Shown: one piece after another, positions 1-12,446 of the stretch
Position numbering within the stretch: the stretch's first letter is position 1
Layout: each line of letters opens with the position of its first letter
Assembly (NCBI GenBank): GCA_973895155.1
Contig: OZ316895.1
Coordinates: forward strand, 13,379,186-13,443,185
DNA from: Marsupella aquatica
Taxonomy: Eukaryota; Plantae; Marchantiophyta
Length of the DNA stretch: 64,000 bases
Reading direction: 5' to 3'
Notes under the pieces: generated by a model
The model's database searches: none
What the model was told of the DNA's origin: nothing
Seen by the model: only the letters and a program-made list of their open reading frames with translations
Position numbers and translations under genes: made by a program

Positions 1-3000
1 TCCAGTGGAGATCTCGGCAGTGACAGGCCTGCGCTTAATGCAGCCACCAGCGCACATGTGAAAGTTACAGAGGTATGCTTTTCGGAGTTGTGCACCATAT
101 TTTCTTAAAATCACCCTCAAGTCAGGAGAAACCAGTCACCTATTTAGAGGATTCTCGCTAATCTCTTTATGATGGTACATGTTGATGTTAGTTCTCATTC
201 CTTTCCATCGTGCCTTCTTTGTGCACTTTAAGAGTTCCAGGATTGGGATGACTTAACCTGATCAGGTTGAATGGGTTCTGTCGCCTTATTATGTGTATGA
301 TGCCATCCAGGAGCACACGAAGAAGTTATTGGAGGTTGTTCTTCAGCTGCCAGAAAATGAGCTTCTTTTGCAACGCCATTTCGGAGCTCTCCTTACTTCT
401 GTCCGGAACATGATAGCGAAAAGGAAGGCCGGCATTGGGAAACCTGTTGTTCCTGGAAAGGGGGTCACCAGTACACAGGGTGGAGATTTCGTCTCGCTTT
501 CAAAACTCACCAAGCTTTCACTGTCAGCTCATCTACCAATTTCAGAGAAGGCTGGAAGCCTAAAATCTTCAAGTGACATGCAGCAGTCAGTTGCAAAGGC
601 ATTGAACGATGTGGAAGAAGCTGAAGAACGTCGATCGAGCATCGTGAAGGATTCTCTTCTCCTACAGCCTAAAAATATTGTCGATAAGGAACGTCATCTG
701 GAAGATGACAGATTCAACATACTAGAGTTCTTGAAGGTAGATGCTGCTTCTGGGAGCCCATCCGATGACAGTGCCGACCTGCCTTCGTCGAAGTATAAAG
801 CTGTTTCGGCCTCTGTTGAGGATCTTCTTGGATTGAAGCTACCGACTGCCCCTCTTCCTCCTCCAAGTGCTCTCCGGAATTATGCGGAGAACAATGCAGA
901 TCAACGATTCAGGTATGCTTACCAGGGAAATGAAATTGATTTGTCTGTCGTTGCAATCTGTCCCTGCTTCATGAAAATCAATCGTGAAAGAAGCAATAGT
1001 CTGAGGAATTCCGCCGCCCCCCTCCCGCCCCCCTCCCCCCTTCCCTCCACATGATTTTTTATCACAGTTTAAGGTATCAGTTAATCTGTATCCGAAGATT
1101 CATTGCCTTGTTGGATAGGAACTCATCTTAAGATGGCACTTAACAAGATTGCTAATGATTTTCGTGATAGAGATCACTTAAAGTCACTGCGTCAACTTGT
1201 CATTAGTATCCATGTGGTGGTGTACTTTAGATAAGTTACCACTCGGCAAATTTACTCGTTGTAGCTCTTCAGTAGAATTGAGATAAACTGGCTCCTCGGA
1301 GTAAAAATCTCCTTAGCCTTGAAAGTTAGAACCCGATTGAACTCATTCCATTTATGATTGACCTAAAATGGCTAGAGATACAATACGAGCAGGAATGAGC
1401 TATTATACGTAATGTTCCAAATGCAACATATCTTTCGGATGTCCAGCTACATTTGTGGGGTCCTTCAATCCGATCTTTGCAGTTGGAGAACAACTTTAAC
1501 AATTCTGTAGTTATTATAAATGTGACCCTTATGCCGTTGTCCTGAGGCGCTACAGGAACGCTTATACCCACAAGGGATTCTCTCTTAAAAACCGGAAATA
1601 GAAGATGAAGAAATGTGCGTTGGTGAAGATAAATACGATTTTCCTAGTGTGCAAGTCCTCCCCTCCCAATCAGTCACTTGGTAGTCAATTGTTTCGGCTA
1701 GCCCTCAGGTGGATGACAATGCCTTAAGTGAAGAAAATTTATGGCAATGCCCTCCAGCAAAAGATACTCTACTCCACAGGTCGTGAGGAGGAAGTGCACT
1801 TCTCCTGTAGAAGTAAGTTTCCAATTGTTTCCTCCGTAAAGATGTAACTGTAGCTGCCACATAATATCCGAAAGCTAATCTATACGTCTGATAATTTAAA
1901 TTCTTTGCAACGTAGGAGTCAACCGGGATTACGAAGCTTAAATACCTTACTGGCTGCACCTGATTTCCGCTAGTCTTGACCTAACACAGCTAATCTTCAA
2001 TTAAGGTTCTGTAATTCTCACGGTTATCCTGAAGCACCTAAATAGGTATCGTTAAGCTTCAAGTAAACACTTGAACAAATGCCGTCAGTCATCGATGTTT
2101 CGTCCTTCGAATATTCTTCAGTCTCCTCTGTAGTTTTGCTCTATTAATGTAGAGCAAGAATCTAGCAGAGCAGGGTGCACAGTTCCTCATGTCTAGCCAA
2201 CTTTCTCTCAGATTGAGAAGCTGTGTTCTCACCTTAGGTCATTTGCTGTGTCTTATCAGTTTAGAGTTAAGACGGTAGGTCTTCAATGTTGTATGGAGTG
2301 CACTCAAGAGTCTTGCTTCCTTTGCAATGCAGGGCTGCAATGAATGGTGGATGGGGAGCTGGACTATATGAATGGGCAGCTGCTGCTTTATCTGGGTTAG
2401 GCTCGTCGAGTATGCCTAGAGGTAAAGCCAAGAAGCGACCTCCTCCAGCAGATTCTAACAAACCGCCTAAACCAAAGCAACCACGAATATCAAATGCAGG
2501 TAAGAAAGGGCCTGCTGAAAAGAATACTCCAAAGAGTCCTCAGCCTGCCAATAAGAAAAAGAAGAAAACTTCATCTGCTGGTTCAGAACAACCTCCTGAA
2601 GATGCCAGGAATCTCGCAGCAAATGTGAATGGAGCTGAAATCTCCGATAAGAAGGATAATCTTGCACCAGAGAAGCAGATATCCAAGGATGTCACTGGTG
2701 AGAGGGCCGATAACCGGGAGACAACTGAAGTAGGTGACGGTGCAGCTGTTCTGAAGGGTGCGAAAATACCCCCCCCGGGGTCTTTCACACCCGCAATAAA
2801 ATCATCTAAAGGCAAAGCTCTCAAGCCGAAAAAGAAACCGTCCTCCCCAACTAGCTCATCGAAGAAGGGTACCAAATCAAAGTCCTCTGCGCAGAACGTC
2901 AGTGGTTCCAGCTTAGAAGGTGGAGTATCTGGAAGGCTCATCCAAAAGACTGCACCGTCTGGTGATGCTCTTGCTTCCTATCCTACTGGTGCTTCGGCTC

Positions 3001-3902
3001 TTCACGACTTCAATTCTGGGACCGATGATGGGGTTATAACCGGAGTTTCGGTTTTATCTGATGTAGGCCCTGACATCTCACCAAATCTAGTCCCTGATGC
3101 TGGAAAACTACTTATTCAAGGAGAGGTGGGGTCTGATGTACCGGGGATGAATGAAAGACAGCGGCGTGGAGAAGCTGCCCCTTCTCGTGTTTCCCAGAAC
3201 ACTGGACTAGATATTTCCTCAGCTTTGGCGAACTTGGGGCCTAACGTAGACGGAGAGACTCTTGGGACTCCTCAAAGTGCCAGGGTGCAAGTGAAAGCTG
3301 GAGCGACACCAGATGCCGAGAAAGCATCCGGTACCCCCAAAAGCAGGAAGGGGGATACTTGGGTTCCACCTGCCGAGATGTTGGCACCTATGGGCCCATT
3401 TTCCAGTCTCGCGCATCCGGATTCTGCGCAGAAGTTGTTGGCAGATATGTCCAGGAGGGCACCTACTTCTGGCGAAGGTCCTGCTTCACTATTGGATACT
3501 TGGGCCGCTGAACCAAACTTGGGCGAAATCTCTGGACTTAGTCCTACTGGAAGCTTTCCTATGCCAGGTGCGGACTCGAATGTCTATCATCTGGACAGCT
3601 ACGACAGTCCTATGAAAGTTGGAAGTAATTATTTCCTTCTTCAAGAACAAACCGAAATGGAGCTGCCTCAAATGTCCTCCTTGCATGAGATTGATCCAGG
3701 GGAGGAAGCCTTCTCATCACCTTCCTTGGCCAAGACTGTGCGACCCAAATCCTCAGACCTGGATACGTCACTTCATAGCAGTAGTCATCACAGTAGATTA
3801 AATTTAGGTGGTAGTCCTGGCCAAGGGAGGGAACAACGTGCGTCTGCTGGTTCGAGACCAACGTTGCGGAGTACATCACCACACCAAAGACCTAATCAGT
3901 AG
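1..3902 (+). CDS. PIE1: 3' portion of PIE1/SWR1-like SNF2 chromatin remodeller (partial, starts upstream of window); exons approx. 1-72, 311-912, 2333-3902
   Basis: GT-AG splicing keeps frame and gives ...HVKVTE/EHTKKLLEVVLQLPENELLLQRHFGALLTSV...QRF/RAAMNGGWG. This resembles my recollection of the post-SANT region of Arabidopsis PIE1 (KVTEDNIRTLL...EMLLQKHFSCLLSSI). Last exon is low-complexity and ends at TAG 3900-3902. The ATPase domain is outside the window. Confidence 0.7.
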
Positions 3903-5312
3903 TTCCTTCACCTCATTTTTGTCCCTATCAACAATATGAGTGGGCACTGTGGAAGGGCCATAGTGTGACAGCAATTCTAACATCTGGGAGTATCCAAGAA
4001 GACTAAGCATCTTTTTCTTCCCCAACTGGGATGATGTTCTTCGAGACGGGGCTGGCAGAGATTGTCTCCCACGGCAAAAGCAGTTCACCAATTTTGGCTT
4101 GTACATCTTCGCAGTAATGATATACAAGCTTGTACCATGTTTAATTATTCTTCTCCTCCCAAATTCCCGGCGAAGGTTCATTTTTGACACTCGACCGTGT
4201 CCATGACGTACATTTTGGCGCAGCTTGCTTTTTTGGGGTATATCTGCAATGTTCGTGACAACGTCTCGATTTGTTTTGAGGGATTCTGCGGTCTCGTATC
4301 CGGAGAGAAGAGAGGCTTATAGAGCCTGGGAAGGGTTATGTTTTGGCTGTGTGCAAGTGAGTGGAGAGGTTAGGCATGGATGTCTGCGTGGTGGCTTGAA
4401 TATGTGCCTTGTGACAGCTTTCCTGTTGTCTCGTGGTCTCATCTACGTCTAGTCAGAGTTTGTTATGTTTCACACTGGGCTTCTTTATGCTGTGTCCAGT
4501 ATGACCTTCTCATTCATTGACCTGTCAGGAAACGTCTTGAAATTGTTATTTTATTGTCAGTTGAACCCCAGCAGATTCGAATTGGGTCATGTCTTAGACC
4601 ATTCCGGGTCCACCTGCTTTGCTGCTGATCGGGAAGTTATGAAGAAAGTCAGTTCGACAATACAAATCTATGAATTTGTGTGGAATTCTTTGTCAAAGCA
4701 TTGCGACGTTTGAAATGAGTCATCTGAAATGCATTGAAAAGGAGTAAGGGTCGGGATGATTTTGAGTGTGGCCAAGGATTTTCTCAGCAATTCAGGGAGC
4801 CACATTGCTTCATGACAGACAGTCCTTTCAAGAAATTAAGACGATCATGTCATGCTAGTCAAATAACCAAAGATTTCATAACAGCTGGCCGGCTTCTAGT
4901 TTATCCTGATTTCTAATTTCGTCCATTGCTCCCCATTAGTGTTTGATTCATAGTAAGCAGTTGTCCAACACTTACAAGTTCTACATAGTCCTATATGTAA
5001 TATTGTCAACCAGTGTACCGATCTCCCGATGTTTGAGGTAACTTAACCATGCACTTCTTAAAATCACAGAAAATCACACACTCGCAGAACCTCGCGATAT
5101 TTTCACCAAGGCCAGCAGACAAATTAAAGCGTGTTCTGCCTTTTCACAACTCCGAAAATGAGGTACAGTACAAACATCAGCGAGCCAGCTACGTACTGTA
5201 ATTCCTTTCACAATGTCCCCTGCGACGCCGAACTTCATGAACTCCAGTCTGGTTACTCGACCCAGCTTTGTATGGAGGTGACATCATCTCTGCCTACAAT
5301 GCGTGCACTAGT

Positions 5313-8300
5313 TCAGTCTCGCATCTTCTCTGAAATACTTCTTCCATATCTCACACCTAGCTGTGGTGTCCTCAGAACGGACCCAATTTCCAAAGCCCTG
5401 GGCCATGCCCAGCGAGACGGGTGTGGAAAGTACTTCGTTATAATTCTGTTCGCTGTCTGCTCTAGTTTGTCATCCTCAAGCCCATTGTGCCCGCTTCTCA
5501 AATACACAAACACCTCTAGCATGGAGCTCTCTGTTTCCTTGACGACTCGCTGGTGAAAACCCAACCATCCTATCTCTTGCAGTTCCGAATGCCATGCAGA
5601 TATATATGGACATCTTTGAATCTGCAACAGCTGCAAAGACTTCAGCTGCCTAAAACTCTGAGGCAGGGACTTAGCATCAATGTCAGACAGTCGGAGCTTC
5701 TGTAGTGACAAAAGCTCGCCTAAGCTATGTGGTAAGCTATTGACGCCCGTGATCTCCAGCTTGACCAGGGAGTACATAGGGCCCGACGTTGAAGTCCATG
5801 TCAAGCTATTGCAGTAAGATATTTTAAACTTCTGAAGTGCACATAGCCTTCCAAATGATTCTGGCAACTCTTCGAGTTTAGGACACACAGAGATCTCCAG
5901 GGCCTGCAGCCTAGCTAGATCTCCGAAGGACTCCGGCAACTTTTGGATGTCTTCACAGCAAAGGAGATGTAGGGTCTCAAGGGATGAAAGCCGGCCAAAT
6001 GATTCTGGCAGGGCTTTTAGGCGGAAACACTCCAGACTTAATTTCTTTAAGGACGAAAGAAGCCCGAAAGAGTCTGGAAGAGTGACAAGACCTGTATTGG
6101 ATATGAACAGCTCCTGCAGAGATGCAAGACTCCCAAAGGAATCAGGGAGGCTTGTTAATCGAGATCCGCTTGAAAGACTGATGCTCTGCAAGTGATGGAG
6201 GTTACCAAAATCCTTTGGTAATTGCTGGAAATCCCCCTCAAACTTAAGTATACGAAGCTCTGAGAGACTTGCAAGACTCTCTGCGATGTCATCGAGATTC
6301 TGTCTGGACATTAGAGCTCGGGCGTCAAGTTCAAGAACAGCAAGCTTATGAAGGTGGGACAATCCATTCAGTTCTGGTGTGCTGGAACCCGTAATACGCC
6401 ATTGCAGTAAACACAGCCCTTGTGGTAGACTGTCACAAGATCCACGGACAGGAATATTCTTGAGGATAAGGAATTTAAGGTTTGGCAATCGAGTGAGAAA
6501 ACTGATATCAAGGTTAGAACCCCATTCTTTCCTCCATCTGTTCAGCATCAAACCCTTAAGCTGAAGCTTCTCCTGCGTTCAGATGACACAACAGTCAGCA
6601 ACAAACGACCATTCACCAGTAGAAGTAGAGATCATTGAGTAATTCTTCTTGAAGTAGTGGAAGAAACTGCAAATAGATACTGAATGCATCACATTAAAGC
6701 TGCCAGATAAGAATCACACCTGAACTTCGCCCAGAAGCTTCGGTACTTGATCTTCATGAATAGAATTAGAAATCCTACTTTGTGACTTCAGGGCTATGCT
6801 CCTGCCCAGATCTCTTAGCAAATCATGCGTGTATACAATGTCTACGCTTAGCTCAGACAGGTGCCTCTGTCTAACCAAGCCCCTGGCAACCAAGGTTGAC
6901 CAGAAAGATTCCGAATTTTTCCAACAAGAGCTCCACGCTGCGTGAATTTTGTTCATTGGCCAGCCATAGAAAATGCTTGCCACATCTATAAACATACTTT
7001 GCTCTTGACATGCAAGACTGTCATAACTCACCATCAACTTTCTCAATAACATACTCTTGGAACTGCCTTGGAGGGATTCTACATCATAAAGCCTTGTAAT
7101 ACATTCCTTCCATGCTTTGTCTGTGTATTCTTCATACTTGGGTCTGTATAAACTGCAACCTATCACTTCAAGTGCGAGTGGGAGGCCGTTACACTTCACA
7201 ACCACTTGCTGTACCAAACCCTTCAAATTCGTGAGCTGGGGAGGAATATTTGGCTGCCTGAAAGCATGGTGGCAGAAAAGCTTCTTTGAAGCCTGCTCAT
7301 TTAGGTTTCGGGCCCAATGGATGGAAAATTCCAATACCCTCAATTTTTCCAGTTCATGGGCAGTTATGATGACGCGGCTTTCCTGTGTGAACCAGGCTGC
7401 ATCAAACACAATACGTAATTGTTCTCTTGAGTTGACATCATCCATGACGAGTAGCACTCTTTTTCCTTTGAGAATACTCCAGTCACCTTTACAGTTCTTC
7501 AGCTTCCTTCCATATTGATATAAGTTGGATAGAATCTGAGTCTCTAGCTTTTCAATCGTTGAACAACCTTTTAGAGTGTCGATGAAACATGTAAACTCGA
7601 AGTCGTATGAAATTGTGTTGAAGACAGCCTTTGCAATTGTTGTTTTGCCAATCCCTGCAGCCCCGACTATAGCCACTAATGGAGATTCCTCCAGTAATTG
7701 TTTCACGTTCTCCACTTGCGAGTGCAGACCAGCAGCATGGAGTGGGACTCCTTGACAAAGGTGAACCTGTACGTAGTCATTGATTAAGGATATACTCTTC
7801 ACTAAGATCATATAATTTTATAACTTTAGCCAAACTGAAAGTGGCTATAGTAAAATTGAACAAAGTCCTTTCGATACACAATTCTCTTGAAAATTACTAC
7901 CAGAAAGAATAATATGTTTGCAATCCTGCTTTGGTCTTTTATCGTATTTGTTTATTGTCTAGAAAGCAAGTAAAATATCTAACTCAGTAGAGAGTTGTAC
8001 CTTGCCAACGATGCTGAGGATAAATGAAATGAGGTGCCTGTAGCTACTGCAAGACTTTGCCTTCGGTTTACAAATTGTGACGTGATCCTCCCCTAGCTGA
8101 GCAAAATAGTCCATGTCACATCGTGCAGATTCTTCTGGAACTACGATCAAGCCCCGCGACAGTCCTGGCTGCACAAGTATAGGAAAGAAATGCAATCACA
8201 TGATAGGTCGTTCTATATTCCAAGTAAGAAATGCAATACTGGCGTGATTGCAGACTTTAGTAAGAATTACTGCAGTCTCTGCTACAAGACCCATTTTCTG

Positions 8301-10062
8301 CTGTTTCCTTAAGAAGAGAAAGTTTACCACAAATAGCTCTCGTGCCTCTCCGAGCCCAGATGCCTTCCACTTATACTTTCTCCGAAGCTCACAAAAGCTG
8401 TCATTGAGGCTCTCAGTCTCCTTGTTGAGGAAACTCAAATACTTCAGTAAAGAGCTGGGATACCAGGGCAAGTAAGCTGCTATACTCGCAAGCCTAGAGC
8501 CATGATGAGGAGTTGCATAAAAGAATACACCCCTCATATTGAGAAGAAACTTGTGAAGAGCATCTTCTGATGATTTGGAATTGTAGATGCTCTCTGCCTT
8601 TAGACAAACTTGCTTAATCACCAGCCCACCCAAGCTGTGTCCCACCAGTATCACTGGATTCGTCTGGCCCACTCCTGATGCACAATAGTACATTTTTAGT
8701 TTTCTGTACGGGTCCACTCACTCGTAACTAGAGCACAACTTCTTTCATGTTTACTATTTGGGCAAGGGGTGCCAAGTACCGTCTCGTTGCCATTTTGTAG
8801 TGTCTGTCCCTCCCCAATGTAGACCTCCATGAATTTAATTCCATTCTCTCTTCTGATTGCCTGAATAATATCTCTACGACAATTTGTCCTCATTTGTAAT
8901 AATGGCCACCAAAGAGACATAAAAGATGGACAACTAACCTGCTTGACAGACAAGAAAGTCCAGCAGGCTTTCTCCAGTAGCCTCCATATCCCTATTGCCT
9001 TGCTTGGACCCTCTGATCGCTGATGAGTCGTAAGAAACCGAGAGGATTCGAGCTTGGGGGAAATCATGAGCCAGCCAAGCCTGTGGCCAGCACTCATCTC
9101 CCTTTGCAGACAACCACGTTTCTGTATATGCTGTGGAATAGTCTTGGGCTTGGAGGCCGTGGAAAAAGACAATGTCAAGGTTGGAAGCAGCAGAGGAAGG
9201 CTTGTAAAGCTCATACACGGCATCGTTGAGCTGAAAGTTGATGCAAACGGACAAATACCAGAACGGAGCAAACAAATGATTTTTAATAATCTCAAGGGCT
9301 AATTTACTAAACATCGCGAATCCTCCAAAATGTAACAATAGATGGCTATTTATCGTATTCCGAACATGACATGAAATTTATCGCCTAATAGAGCTGACTT
9401 GCGGCTATACACGAAATTATATTTTCTTTCAGATCGACGCGCAAACTAGCAGGCTGTTCTCTTCAACGCAGGACTTTTCTAACAAAGGGCTGCGAGTGAG
9501 TTTATAGAACAGACACAAATAGGACCAAGCATAATAACCATGCTCGACACTTAAGGTTGATTTAAACAGATTTTCTATTGCATTGAAACAGGAGCATCAC
9601 AAGAATTCCAACTAGTCTGAGTTGGACAGTTTCTTTGAGCTCGTCTGAAATTGTTTCAGCTCAACTCAGAGGAGCGTAAATTCTTGTACCGCTCCTGTTT
9701 TCACTGCAGTACAAAATCTGGAACAGAGCAAACTTGAATACATGAACAAGGAATCTATTAGGAAGAGAACTCCACAGAGAATAGACATCTGAATCAAAAC
9801 AGGACGAACTGATCACTGCCAACTCTCTCGACAAAGAGAGATGCAATGAGCCCACAGGATCTGGTGACGGTAAGTTCAAGATTTCCAAGGCAAAGCACAA
9901 ATTCACACATCTGCAATGCAATTAGAGAAACTCCATTCCAAGATCTGATTTTGTGATGTGGGCGGTTGCGGTAGGCGCTCTTCTAACCTTTGTGGGTCGA
10001 GCTGTGGACACAGGCACATGTGGAGCAGGAGCTTCAGCGGAGTTGAGCATTGTCATGTCCAT
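5313..10062 (-). CDS. alpha/beta-hydrolase-NB-ARC-LRR immune receptor (HNL class); exons approx. 10062-9988, 9230-8939, ~8675-8326, ~8170-8020, ~7767-6720, ~6573-5313
   Basis: Hydrolase motifs DIVFFHGL, RILSVSYD, GHSLGG, FFYATPHHGS and DHVTICKP. NB-ARC motifs GAAGIGKTT, VLLVMDDV, GLPLAL and THDLLRDLG. About 10 LxxLPxSFGxL LRRs. The first exon (MDMTML...PTK|gttag) and the 3' end are less certain. Confidence 0.88.
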
Positions 10063-11206
10063 CTTGCGGACAATCCTCAACACTCGGGTCTGTAGTGTCA
10101 CGACGACCAAGCTAAAGCCCCGCGGGTGATCAAATGCAATTCAAATGCCCACAAAACATTGACCCATTGCTCAGGCGAGAATGGGCTCTTCTTCAATCTC
10201 CCCCCAGCTTAAAAAGGTACCGGTGTGCTTATCCATGCGATCCCAGCTGATCTTAGATTGACCTAGGTCGATCAGCGAGTGGGGGTAGTCATGAAGTCTG
10301 AAATCTCCTTTCTAACCGGCTAGATATGCACGTTGCAACAGAGACGGAGAGAGTTTTTGAAGACTTGCAACTGCTGGCTATAATAGTTAGCCATAATGAA
10401 TGCAATCTTGCGAGCTGGAAAGCTTTAAGAACCACGGAAAAATGAACGAGAACTTACATCTTCACTGTTTTTCATTTTGAGTAGGATCTTGAGAACTGGA
10501 CCGCCATGAGAGAGCCCCGTAAAAATAGAACGAGGTAAATCTCCACTTCCATAGTAACTAGATCTTGAGGAAGTGGAAGGCCATCACACGAGCTTTTAGC
10601 CATCGAGCCAAAATTCATGCATCACCACGGCTCTTGCGCAGAACTGAGGCCACTGACGCACAAGACACTGAAGATTGAAGGCACTGACGGATGCCCAGCA
10701 GCAGCGCTTCGAGGGAATCGTTGGCCCAGGCCGAGAATTTCCTTGTGACATGCGATGGAAGGAATTGCTTTTACAGTACATTTCTGTACCACCCAATTCC
10801 TAAGAGCCACACCTTTGGAGCGATTCTCCAGTGAGTTGATAATGTGAGCTCGTAATGTGAGCTCGTAATGTGAGCTGTTGATTCCCAGACGATTTCGTAA
10901 GAATGCATCAAACGTCAAATCTCGGGAAGAGTCAAATTTCGTAAGCACCTTCATCAATGACACTGTCGACTCCTGGAATCGATGAGCAGAGACGACCATT
11001 GATGCTGTTTCTCATCCTGGAAGACAGTCTACTTTACTTCATCAACAGGAGAAGCCGCACTCAATCAACTATCCTTTCTGTCAGCTACCGCACCACTCAA
11101 AGGGGCCCTACCAACACGTGTAGTGCCGTCGTTGGTACAGTGGCTATGTAGTACTTTGGATTTTTCTATGTGGGGATGTTATTAGTCACAAAGTTTTTGA
11201 TACTTA

Positions 11207-11630
11207 GAGCATCTCCATGGTGGGGACTCATAGGGGTATATATATTTGGCGAGGACGCAACCCAAAAGTGCCTCTATGTAAAGTTTTGCTGCTACTGCCA
11301 TGTGCACTGCCTCCCGACCTCCATTTCCTGGCAGAAAGGCGGTCGGGAAGCAACGCCCCTCCACCAATCTGCATGTGTATTTACAGTTGTCCAGACACAA
11401 CGCACCAGCATCTGTTCGAAGGTCAGGCTTGCGCCAGAAAACAGTAGATCGACTCCCGGTGGTCGATTGTGCACAGGTAATGGTTAGGGGATGGTTAGGG
11501 GATGGCGGTCAATTTGGTGTATGACGATTTGGCATTGGGGAGTTTTGCAGGGGCCTGCATGTTGGCGGCCCCATCTGTTGTCTAGAACGGTGCTTTTTGG
11601 CGGTTTGCGGCCACTACACTGGAGATGCTC
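11207..11630. mobile_element. Tourist/PIF-Harbinger-like MITE (424 bp)
   Basis: TIR GAGCATCTCCA...TGGAGATGCTC with TTA on both sides (11204-11206, 11631-11633); no coding capacity. Confidence 0.8.
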
Positions 11631-12446
11631 TTAGTCTCCAAATTCACAATTTGTCCCGCAAATAATCGAGTTTTTGTAAAAGCGAAGAAGGGTGAGATGG
11701 AAGCCCGGTTGGGAGTCGGGCTTGGAATCGAGATCAAGGGCATTTAGGCTAGAATGCAAGGGCATGATTACGATTGAGCCGTCATTGTGCTACGATCAAC
11801 AATCATAATTTACCTCCCAAACTGAGAACACCTGCTGACAACGATGACTCAAAGTTGACAAGGAAGCAATCTTATGCTCAAACATAATTCCTCACTCATC
11901 TGAAACTTGAGTCAAACTCATAAGGACTTGGTGTGACGAAGAATTAAAAGTCTTGAATGATCAGTTTTACTTTTGCTCTCTTGGGAAATGTGATTGCAAT
12001 GATAACGTAAGGATAAATCGTTGCTTCGCATGAAAGCAAAAGTAAACGCATTTCTTCAAAGCTTTTACACGCATCTTCTTCATGGCGTGTTTGGGCTTCA
12101 TCCTCGTGTTTGAAGCTTTGGGACTCAAAAAAGGTAACCTCAGTTGGGAAGTAATGAATGAATCTCACCTGTATCAAGATGCCCAGGTAGGAATCTTGAC
12201 ACGGGTGAGAAGTGGTTGTTTGAAGCTCCACATACTTCCTTCAATTTTTAGGGGAGGTGCAAGTATTCTTCGCAATTTTTTAGAGGCATTGGAACAAGCA
12301 AACATAGCGAGCTCCACACGGATTGTAGCTTTTACGTGTATTAACCCTATCAAATTTGTTAAAAAATATCTCTGCTTGTCTTGTTGAGCAAAATGTAATC
12401 TACTTATGTATACATATTGGTATAAAAGATCAAGAACTAAGTGGTC

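Noticed and set aside
2286-3902. Stand-alone 538-aa gene
   Set aside because: Phase-compatible splice sites (913 GT, 2331-2332 AG) join it to the upstream PIE1-like exons.
10500-11000. ORFs 10622-10999 and 10596-10796 as extra HNL exons or a separate gene
   Set aside because: No recognisable motif in the frames examined; contains a 13-bp triple repeat (taatgtgagctcg); probably UTR or intergenic.
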